This document shows positions 48,143 through 55,958 of a stretch of 64,000 nt of DNA, one piece after another; the first letter of the stretch is position 1, and every line of letters begins with the position of its first letter. Below the pieces are notes generated by a model that did not search any database, was not told where the DNA came from, and was given only the letters and a program-made list of their open reading frames with translations. This DNA comes from an uncultured Gammaproteobacteria bacterium (GTDB lineage Bacteria; Patescibacteriota; Patescibacteriia; S139-126), in the NCBI GenBank assembly GCA_964493305.1, contig CAZBLW010000001.1, forward strand, positions 241,484 through 305,483, given 5' to 3'. The position numbers and the translations under genes are program-made.

Positions 48143-48727
48143 ATGGAAATAGAATTTGAAGCTACTTTTGTAAATATTGATAAATCAGTTATCAAACAAC
48201 AGCTTAAAAACTTACCAGCTGTTTTAGTAAAACCAGAATTTGTCCAAAAACGGGTGATTATCAACCCTCCTGATTTTGTAAAAAATAAAGACGCTTGGAT
48301 CAGGTTGCGTGATGAGGGTGACAAGATAACTTTGACTTACAAAGTGATTGCTGGCGATAAAATAGAAGATCAAAAAGAAATTTGTTTAGTGGTAGATAAT
48401 TTTTCTAAAACTTTAGAATTTTTAGAAAAAATTGGTTGTCAAATAAAATCTTATCAAGAATCTACCAGAGAATTATGGCAGCTAAATGGAGTTGATATTT
48501 GTATTGACGAATGGCCATATTTAGAACCATTTGTAGAAATTGAAGGTAAAGACGAAGTGGCAGTTAGAGAGGTGGCTAAACAAATGGGGTTTGCTTATAA
48601 TCAGGCCTTATTTGGCAATGTTGGTACTTTGTATCAAAAAAAATATGGCATTGAACCTCATTTAATCCACGAAAAAATTTCTCGTTTAACTTTTACCGAA
48701 CCTAATCCTTTTTTAAATTATGAATAA
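48143..48727 (+). CDS. CYTH domain protein
   Basis: EIEFE, WIRLRDEG...LTYK, VEIEG. Confidence 0.88.
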   Translation: MEIEFEATFVNIDKSVIKQQLKNLPAVLVKPEFVQKRVIINPPDFVKNKDAWIRLRDEGDKITLTYKVIAGDKIEDQKEICLVVDNFSKTLEFLEKIGCQIKSYQESTRELWQLNGVDICIDEWPYLEPFVEIEGKDEVAVREVAKQMGFAYNQALFGNVGTLYQKKYGIEPHLIHEKISRLTFTEPNPFLNYE

Positions 48728-49424
48728 ATTTTTTACTGATAAAAATTCGCGCTTTGTTCAAGCTTTACGTGATATTGTTTTTGGTTTGGAAGATGGTATG
48801 GTTTCCACTCTGGGGGCAATCACTGGTATTGCTATTGGCAGTCAAAATCATTTTACTGTAGTTTTATCCGGACTGGTGATTATTGCGGTAGAATCGATTT
48901 CCATGGGAATTGGTTCTTATGTGTCCAATAAATCTGATCGCGATCGTGATATTAGTCAACTGCGTGAGCAAAAAAAGGAAATCAAAGAGCAAATCGATAT
49001 TGAAAAAAAAGATTTGATCAATATTTATCTCAAAGACGGTTGGTCCAATGATTTAGCAACGCAAATGGCTGACTTTGCTAGTCAAAATAAAAAATTGATG
49101 CTCAAGGAAAAAGCCCTACATGAACTTAGTGTGCTACCAGAGCAAATAACTAGTCCCAAAATTAACGGTATATTTATGTTTTTCTCTTATGTGCTTGGCG
49201 GTATGATTGCTTTGAGTCCTTATTTATTTTTTTCAGTAAGTCTGGCTATGCCAGTTTCCATCGCGGCTACTTTATTGGGTTTGTTTTTGGTTGGGGTTTT
49301 TACATCTCTTTACACTCAAAAATCCTGGTTCAAATCTGGTACACGTGTGTTGCTAATTGGCGGGCTAGCTCTACTGGCTGGTATGGTGGTGGGGGAGTTG
49401 GCCAAAGAATTGGGGATAAATTAA
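48720..49424 (+). CDS. VIT1/CCC1 family transporter
   Basis: RDIVFGLEDG, ISMGIGSYVS. Confidence 0.9.
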   Translation: MNKFFTDKNSRFVQALRDIVFGLEDGMVSTLGAITGIAIGSQNHFTVVLSGLVIIAVESISMGIGSYVSNKSDRDRDISQLREQKKEIKEQIDIEKKDLINIYLKDGWSNDLATQMADFASQNKKLMLKEKALHELSVLPEQITSPKINGIFMFFSYVLGGMIALSPYLFFSVSLAMPVSIAATLLGLFLVGVFTSLYTQKSWFKSGTRVLLIGGLALLAGMVVGELAKELGIN

Positions 49425-49442
49425 TTATTTAGTACAAAATTA

Positions 49443-49465
49443 AAAACCCGTACTTAGGTACGGGT
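49443..49465 (-). terminator. intrinsic terminator
   Basis: acccgtac-ttag-gtacgggt with A tract. Confidence 0.75.
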
Positions 49466-49470
49466 AAAAT

Positions 49471-50082
49471 TTACTTTAATGGTTTAACTGTAATTTTCAA
49501 TTTTTTTGGTTCAGATGTACTGATGTTGGTTTTTGGTATTTCACCAATATTTACTTTAATCGGTTCATCGCAATCTGATTTCTCTACTATAGGTTTTTGA
49601 TAATTCTTAAAAAGACTTAGGTCTTTTCCCAGGATATTTATGCAAGTGTATTTTGCATAATTTGCTTTTTGTTTACTAGTGGCTTCATCAAGCCCTATTA
49701 GAGAATAAAGTGCTTGGGCAACAAAAAAATTGTTATCTCTAATTAGTTTTTCGTGCCTATCAATACGTTTAAAAGCTGAATCCAACTTTTGACCAATAGT
49801 TGAGTCATTTTGATTTAAAATATTTAAACCATTGACAATATCAGTAAAGTTTTGTTCTGTTTGGTTTTGAAAAATTTTCAATGAATCAGCTAGTTGCTGA
49901 TGTGCTTTTTGTAAAACTGCCAATTTTTCTTTAGTCTCAAAAAATAGGGGATAGACCAACCATTTATATACAACAAAATAGCCAAACAGCAGTAGCAATA
50001 CAGCAGAGGTTGAATAAAATATTTTTTTATTATTTAAAAATTTTTTACTCCAACCAGACAAACCGATAATTAACTTATTCAT
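49471..50082 (-). CDS. orphan single-TM coiled-coil protein
   Basis: 203 aa; SD AAGGAG; upstream TTGACA. Confidence 0.75.
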   Translation of the reverse strand: MNKLIIGLSGWSKKFLNNKKIFYSTSAVLLLLFGYFVVYKWLVYPLFFETKEKLAVLQKAHQQLADSLKIFQNQTEQNFTDIVNGLNILNQNDSTIGQKLDSAFKRIDRHEKLIRDNNFFVAQALYSLIGLDEATSKQKANYAKYTCINILGKDLSLFKNYQKPIVEKSDCDEPIKVNIGEIPKTNISTSEPKKLKITVKPLK

Positions 50083-50160
50083 TTTTTACTCCTTATTTTT
50101 TTGTTAAATTTCAAAAAGATATATTAAATTACAACAGTATTTAGTTTTTGTCAAGCAACA

Positions 50161-50192
50161 AAAAAACCGCTAGTGACGTTGCACTAGCGGTT
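50161..50192 (-). terminator. intrinsic terminator
   Basis: aaccgctagtg-acgttg-cactagcggtt. Confidence 0.8.
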
Positions 50193-50206
50193 ATATTTAG
50201 AAATGA

Positions 50207-51532
50207 TTATTGTATTTTGACGAAGAATTTTTCTCCGTCAACTGTCCCGCGGACAATGTCTTGCGGGTAAATCTTTTTAAACATTTGTCCGCTCTCTCGC
50301 AGTTCCCATTTTTCTCCATTTGCTTGGAGAAAGGGTCTGCCGGAGGCAGTAATAATCTGGAAAAAGGTACCATCCTCAAAATTATATCTGAGAGTATCTT
50401 GAATTGCAGTTGACATAACTATGTCTTCTTGGCCTTTTTGTTTAGTGAAGTTTTTTTGCTGAAATTCAGATTTTTGTAAAAATCTGATTGGGATAAAAAC
50501 CGGCCCATCAACGTAGTATCCATACTCGTTCTGGGTCATTACTTTAACGAAACCTTCGTTTCCAACAAATTTTATATCTTCACTTATAACCGAGACTTTA
50601 TCACCTGGTTCAAAGACCAAAATTACTTGGCCAGAATCAGTACTGGTACTACCAAAGGTTATGCCTTTATCAGTAATGTCAGTTACCACAGGTGTTTTAG
50701 TAGTAACTTCAAAAACATTTAAAGTCTTATTGGCGTTGGCTTCTGATATATCATCAGCAACTTTTTCAGAATTATTCCTAATCAGATTACTCAAATTCAT
50801 ATATACTCTTTCATTAGCTATTCTTACTATGGAAATAACTAATAATATTGCCATAGTAATTTTAAGCACATATCCAGCTGTGTTGGTTATCTTTATAAAA
50901 TAATATGAAGAAAAACCAAAAGCTAATAACACCAAAATATAAACACCTAGGATATATAAGTATATCCCATAGAACATTGAACCATGAAAGGCAAGCCACC
51001 ACATAAACATAATTCCTGAAAGTCCATAAACCAAACTTATTGGTCTAATCGACCTTCTGATTTTGTATTTGCTAGCAATGCCAGCAATTATAGGATCATA
51101 TGTTGTAGTAACAAAGAATAATATTATCATAGAAATGACAACACTGGTTACAAATAACCAATCACCGACTAAGTAACCTAGCAAGGTGCAGACAACTATA
51201 AATCCTAACCAAATTGAAAAAGCAATAGCTAGATTTCTAACCACACGTTCGACATTATTGAGAATGTCAACTAATATGGCGTGTAATCTATTAATTGAAA
51301 CCGCTTCAAGTCTGACGATTTCGGTTATAGGCAAGCCTATAATTGCTAACAGTCTGACAGTTCTTTGAGTCAAATTGTGAACTGCTATCTGAATGCCATC
51401 AGATAGTTCAAGAACCCCGTCTGCTAGCTGTTGAGTCAGTGCATTTGCACTGACTGAAGTTTGCCTAATAAGCCAGTAATAACCCCACAACACTCCAATG
51501 AGTGTAACCAAAATTAATAAGAATAAAAACAT
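50207..51532 (-). CDS. orphan multi-TM protein with extracytoplasmic beta (SH3-like) domain
   Basis: 441 aa; SD AGGAGG; about 6 TM helices, then GDKVSVI...FVKV...FIP..FL. Confidence 0.75.
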   Translation of the reverse strand: MFLFLLILVTLIGVLWGYYWLIRQTSVSANALTQQLADGVLELSDGIQIAVHNLTQRTVRLLAIIGLPITEIVRLEAVSINRLHAILVDILNNVERVVRNLAIAFSIWLGFIVVCTLLGYLVGDWLFVTSVVISMIILFFVTTTYDPIIAGIASKYKIRRSIRPISLVYGLSGIMFMWWLAFHGSMFYGIYLYILGVYILVLLAFGFSSYYFIKITNTAGYVLKITMAILLVISIVRIANERVYMNLSNLIRNNSEKVADDISEANANKTLNVFEVTTKTPVVTDITDKGITFGSTSTDSGQVILVFEPGDKVSVISEDIKFVGNEGFVKVMTQNEYGYYVDGPVFIPIRFLQKSEFQQKNFTKQKGQEDIVMSTAIQDTLRYNFEDGTFFQIITASGRPFLQANGEKWELRESGQMFKKIYPQDIVRGTVDGEKFFVKIQ

Positions 51533-51547
51533 TTTTTCCTCCTGAAT

Positions 51548-52252
51548 TTAAAAGTTTAAATTTCTGTTTTTTATTTGTTGCCTGATGTCGTTGACTTCAT
51601 TGGTGACCTCAGGCGATCTTTTGTTATAATCCGAATTAATATCATCTAAGTATTTATCAATTTGATCTTTTCTTTTTAGTAGATGTTTTTTAATTGGATC
51701 AATAAATTTTTTACCCCAAATTTTGAATATTTGACCCCACTTATCGTGGATAAGTAGATCTGTCCATATCCAAAACTCTTTTTCACCGATATCAGCGACT
51801 TTTCCGTATATGTGTTGACGGAGATCATCATCACTAACTAGTTCTGATTCGTTTTCTGCATATACTGGTGCCCCATTATTTAAAATAGGTTCACCATCAT
51901 TCTTTTTTAATAGAACTTTAATTTTTTTTAACAGCAATGGTTTACACCAAGCTGTCACCACTTCATTTTCAGAAGGAAGGTCAGGACGGGTGGGAGGGGG
52001 ATTTTTAGCTTCTTCAAGTCTATCTTCCCAGAATTTTCTCTGGGTGGGGTTTAAGCCTAGCAGAACTTTTTGTAGTTCCGCTCTTGGTGGCACTTGAAAC
52101 ATTTTATCAAGTGCAAATTCAGTTATTTTTTTGGCAGGCATGCCAATAAGTTCACTGATCATTTTTCCGCTAACGGTACCAGCTGCAGTACCTATTAGTT
52201 CTCCTCCAAAAACATTTTTAAGTTTATGGAAGAAATTTCCAAATAATGCCAT
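51548..52252 (-). CDS. orphan hypothetical protein
   Basis: 234 aa; SD AAGGAG; amphipathic Gly-rich N-terminus; promoter TTGACT-17-TATATT (52440-52412). Confidence 0.75.
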   Translation of the reverse strand: MALFGNFFHKLKNVFGGELIGTAAGTVSGKMISELIGMPAKKITEFALDKMFQVPPRAELQKVLLGLNPTQRKFWEDRLEEAKNPPPTRPDLPSENEVVTAWCKPLLLKKIKVLLKKNDGEPILNNGAPVYAENESELVSDDDLRQHIYGKVADIGEKEFWIWTDLLIHDKWGQIFKIWGKKFIDPIKKHLLKRKDQIDKYLDDINSDYNKRSPEVTNEVNDIRQQIKNRNLNF

Positions 52253-52465
52253 AATTGACTCCTTTATTATATTTATTTGTTGTTAGTTAGTTGGTTTAAA
52301 TAAAGAAATAAATATCTCAATCTAAATCAACTAACTAACATATTAACTAAAGGATAAATCGGATGATTATTTAGTTGTCAAAGTTCACTATAAATTAATC
52401 TATAACAGTCCAATATAGCATATTTTTAAGGAAAAGTCAATACTAGATAGTTTTATAATGAAATG

Positions 52466-52490
52466 AAAAAACCCGCCTTTTAGGCGGGTT
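52466..52490 (-). terminator. intrinsic terminator
   Basis: aacccgcc-tttta-ggcgggtt. Confidence 0.8.
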
Positions 52491-52519
52491 AATAATTAAA
52501 TAAATTAAATATTTAGGTA

Positions 52520-52906
52520 TTACTGCAGGACATCAAAAACATATTTCAGAATACTGTAACTGGAAAAAACAATAAATAAACCAATTACTGCCCAAACCAG
52601 AATATCCCGGCCTTTTTTTACTCGGTCAGCATTGCCACCGGAAGTCATCCAGATAACACCTCCAGCTACAAAGGCAACTAAGGCTATCACTCCGGTAAGA
52701 CCTAAGATGCCTTTGATAATATTGCCGATAATAACTGCCGGATCATCACTGGTTAGGGGATTGGTTAAAGTAACCGAGTTGTTATTATTGGCCGGAGGAT
52801 TACCCGGGGGATTTACAGGAGGGTTTTGTGCATTGGCAAAATTTACAACAACAAAAATAAAAAATAACAAAGTGAGAAATAAGCTAAGAAACAATTTGTT
52901 TTTCAT
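52520..52906 (-). CDS. TrbC/VirB2-like pilin-family membrane protein
   Basis: Signal peptide, LTNPL, IIGNII..ILG..G, WMTSGG...VKKG...LVWAVIGL. Confidence 0.8.
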   Translation of the reverse strand: MKNKLFLSLFLTLLFFIFVVVNFANAQNPPVNPPGNPPANNNNSVTLTNPLTSDDPAVIIGNIIKGILGLTGVIALVAFVAGGVIWMTSGGNADRVKKGRDILVWAVIGLFIVFSSYSILKYVFDVLQ

Positions 52907-52947
52907 AATTTTGAATTTATTGATATATAAATATTATACTCTTTTCC

Positions 52948-52976
52948 TTGACAAAAAGCAAAAAATGCGGTATAAT
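52948..52976 (+). promoter_or_regulatory. consensus sigma70 promoter
   Basis: TTGACA-17-TATAAT. Confidence 0.7.
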
Positions 52977-53067
52977 GAAGATATAGGAATAAAATTATAA
53001 ATTTTAAATTGTAAATTATAAAACAATTTAAATAAAATAAGCAAAAATAAAAATTAAAAACAAAAAT

Positions 53068-53130
53068 ATGAAAATCAAAGTAATTTCCCACGACAAAGTG
53101 CAGGCCATAAAAATTAGGGTGGTACGCTAA
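53068..53130 (+). CDS. putative 20-aa peptide MKIKVISHDKVQAIKIRVVR
   Basis: Downstream of a perfect promoter; the stop codon lies in the loop of a terminator-like hairpin. Confidence 0.35.
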   Translation: MKIKVISHDKVQAIKIRVVR

Positions 53131-53400
53131 GCGCGTACTGCTTTTTATTTTAGTTTATTAACTAATATAATTTTTATGTCAGCACCCAAAAAAAATATTT
53201 TTACCTGGAAGAGAAATAAAAAAAATATTCAACCCCTAAATTTGCGCGGACTTAATTTAAATTATAGCAATAGAAGAAATGAGAGTAGAGTGAGGTTGTG
53301 GGGAAGTAGTTAAAAGTTGATAAATAGGATACAGGATTTAGGATAGAGGGGATAGTGAATTCTCAATTATAATTTTTAAATTATAAAAAATTTGGTTATT

Positions 53401-53428
53401 AAAAAACCCCGAAGTAATTCGGGGTTTT
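53401..53428. terminator. bidirectional terminator after rplT
   Basis: aaaaccccgaa-gtaa-ttcggggtttt. Confidence 0.85.
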
Positions 53429-53450
53429 ATACTCTCTGTTTTTAAAAAAA

Positions 53451-53801
53451 TTATTCAGCCATTACTTGTTTAAAAATCTGATCAAAAATTTCTGGGTGAT
53501 TCATAGCTAGTTCTGATAAGACTTTGCGGTCAAGTTCAATATTTTTCTTTTTCAATGCTCCAATAAATTTTGAATAACTAGTACCACGTTCTCTTACGGC
53601 TGCGTTTAGTCTAATTTGCCATAAACCGCGATTGATTCTTTTTTTGGCTCGACGATCACGTCGGGCGTGAGCCCCAGCTTTGACTACGGCAGTCTTGGCT
53701 AAACGAATAGTACCCTTACGACTCCATTTGTAACCTTTGACGGCTTTTCTAAGTTTACGTCTTTTTTTGGTGTGAGTTGTTCCTCTTTTTACTCTGGCCA
53801 T
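53451..53801 (-). CDS. rplT: 50S ribosomal protein bL20
   Basis: MARVKRG, RGLWQIRLNAA, LDRKVLSELA. Confidence 0.98.
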   Translation of the reverse strand: MARVKRGTTHTKKRRKLRKAVKGYKWSRKGTIRLAKTAVVKAGAHARRDRRAKKRINRGLWQIRLNAAVRERGTSYSKFIGALKKKNIELDRKVLSELAMNHPEIFDQIFKQVMAE

Positions 53802-53840
53802 ATGATTAGAATTTAGAATCTAGAATTAAGAATTAAAATA

Positions 53841-54038
53841 TTAATGGTAAGGTAGAAGAGTACGGATATTTTTTTCATTGACCTTGGCTACTTTTTTATC
53901 ACGTCTCTTATTGCGGGTAACCTTACCTGGTTCTCGAGAATTAAAATGATCCTGACCGGCTGTACGCTGTAGCAGTTTTTTTGATTTACTTACTCTAATT
54001 CTTTTGTTGGTAGTTTTGTGGGTTTTTAATTTAGGCAT
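53841..54038 (-). CDS. rpmI: 50S ribosomal protein bL35
   Basis: MPKLKTHK...KR, LLPY; between infC and rplT. Confidence 0.96.
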   Translation of the reverse strand: MPKLKTHKTTNKRIRVSKSKKLLQRTAGQDHFNSREPGKVTRNKRRDKKVAKVNEKNIRTLLPYH

Positions 54039-54123
54039 ATAACTGTTTATGAATAAATCCCACCCAAAAGTAGGACAGGATTTATATTAACTAATATATA
54101 AGCGGGTGTCAAGAAAAGGCAAC

Positions 54124-54630
54124 TTATTTTTTTAGAGAATAAAGGGCGGTAAACTTATTGCCTTCACGGATTGGTTCCTGATCAACTCTAATATTTGTGC
54201 CCAGCATTTCTTGAAATTTTAACATGATTTCTTTGACTTTTTCTGGATGAGCTTTTTGTCTGCCTTTAAGTATAATTTCTGTTTTTACTCGGTCACCTTG
54301 ATTTAAAAATTTACTGGCTTGGTTGGCTCTGACCTCTAAATCATGCAGTCCCATATTGTAGGTCAATCTAACGCCTTTGATTTCTGATTTTTTACTTTTG
54401 GTTTTGGCTTTTTGTTGAAGTTTATTTTGGTTGTATATCCATTGACCATAATCTAAAATCCGACATACTGGCGGTTCTGCTTTGGGTGAGACTTCTACCA
54501 AATCAAGGCCCGCTTCTCGGGCTTGGCGCAAGGCATCTATAGTTGGTACCACGCCAAGTTGTTCACCGTCGGTACCAACCAGGCGTACCTCGGGTAAATT
54601 GATTTGCTGATTTATTCTAAATTTTTGGAT
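54124..54630 (-). CDS. infC: translation initiation factor IF3, non-canonical ATC start
   Basis: RINQQI..PEVRLVG, LDLVEVSP...PPVCRILDYG; in-frame TAA 7 codons upstream of ATC with no ATG/GTG/TTG between. Confidence 0.93.
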   Translation of the reverse strand: MQKFRINQQINLPEVRLVGTDGEQLGVVPTIDALRQAREAGLDLVEVSPKAEPPVCRILDYGQWIYNQNKLQQKAKTKSKKSEIKGVRLTYNMGLHDLEVRANQASKFLNQGDRVKTEIILKGRQKAHPEKVKEIMLKFQEMLGTNIRVDQEPIREGNKFTALYSLKK

Positions 54631-54952
54631 AGGTTTGGGGGTTAATTGTTATAAGTATATTATATAAAATTTCATTATCTATTACTAGGGTATTTAATAT
54701 AGAAACAATTTTTAATTTTGTAATTTTTAATTTTTAAATAAATCTAAATTTTTAAAAATCTAAGTTTAATAATTATTTATAAAATTATTAAATTTTTATT
54801 TGTCATATAGTTTATATATCAACCCCTCGACTCCCAGCTATCGCTGGTTCGATCGGGACACAATTCGACTCTAATTCAATGGACATATAATTGGTCGGAG
54901 ATACTAACAGTGTCGTAGACCATGAGCGAGCCGATTTTATCGGCGAGTTGAA

Positions 54953-55329
54953 TGGTGGAGATGGTGGGCTTTGCACCCACGTGGTAAAAAAGTTTCAACG
55001 CATGATTTACAAATTTAGCCTGATTGGTAAACCAAAAAGATAAAATCAGGCAAAAACTTTTTGGTGGTGCTGAACAATATTTCAGACACAAACAGTCAGC
55101 GTATTTGTATCCAAACCCCAATTATGACACCGCGTAAGAAATCTTGGGGTCAGATTTCAGCGATGGTCGTAGACTAAATTAGGCTACGACTGGTGCAAAG
55201 CTAGGTAGCGCAAAAGCGTTCCTAATTTTGCTCATAAGTGTATTGGCACTTATAGTAGTGGTAGTTTAACGAGTTGCCGCTCGACTTGACCATACGTTTC
55301 TACTTTCTTAGCGAATAGATGACATCCCC
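54953..55329 (-). ncRNA. ssrA: tmRNA, tag ANTLMSKIRNAFALPSFAPVVA
   Basis: GGGGATG/CATCTCC-ACCA acceptor with G3:U; resume context ATAAGT-GCC; tag ORF 55247-55179; adjacent to smpB. Confidence 0.9.
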
Positions 55330-55428
55330 AAGAAAAAAAATATAAATTTTAAATTATTAATTATAAATAAATTTTTATTTTGTAATTTCTTAAATTTTAA
55401 AATTTATAATTTACAATTTAAAATTCTT

Positions 55429-55875
55429 TTAATATTCTTTCAAAGTGCGTCTAATTTCTCGATCCGTATCTCTTTTTTTAATAACTGCTTTTTTGTCGAA
55501 TTGTTTTTTTCCACGGACCACAGCCAGTTCTAGCTTAATTAGACCCCTGGTAGTATATAGCCGTAAAGGCACAACTGTCAATCCTTTATTGGTCAACTGA
55601 CCCCTGATATTATTTAATTCTTTTTTAGTAAGTAATAATTTCCTCTGTCTTTTTGGTTCATAATTTTTTTGTACACTAGCTGCAGGCTGATAGGGAGCGA
55701 TATGTAAGCCCACTAGCCAAGCTTGATTGTCTTTGATAGTCACGTAACTACCTTTAAAATCAATTCTTTTCATTTTGACAGATTTGACTTCTGGTCCGGT
55801 CAAAATTAGACCCGCCTCTATTTTTTGTAGGGGAAGGAAGTTGAATAACGCTTGTTTATTGGTCATTATTTCCAT
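55429..55875 (-). CDS. smpB: SsrA-binding protein
   Basis: EAGLILTGPEVKS, RKLLL, GKKQFDKK..IK.RD. Confidence 0.96.
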   Translation of the reverse strand: MEIMTNKQALFNFLPLQKIEAGLILTGPEVKSVKMKRIDFKGSYVTIKDNQAWLVGLHIAPYQPAASVQKNYEPKRQRKLLLTKKELNNIRGQLTNKGLTVVPLRLYTTRGLIKLELAVVRGKKQFDKKAVIKKRDTDREIRRTLKEY

Positions 55876-55958
55876 AGCTTAATTGTAACTTAAACTACCA
55901 GAGCAAACAAATGGTTTTACTTGCTGAATTTGTTTAAAATCATTACTATAAAATCAAG

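Noticed and set aside
54876-55121. 81-aa minus-strand ORF
   Set aside because: Overlaps the tmRNA 3' half; not a credible protein
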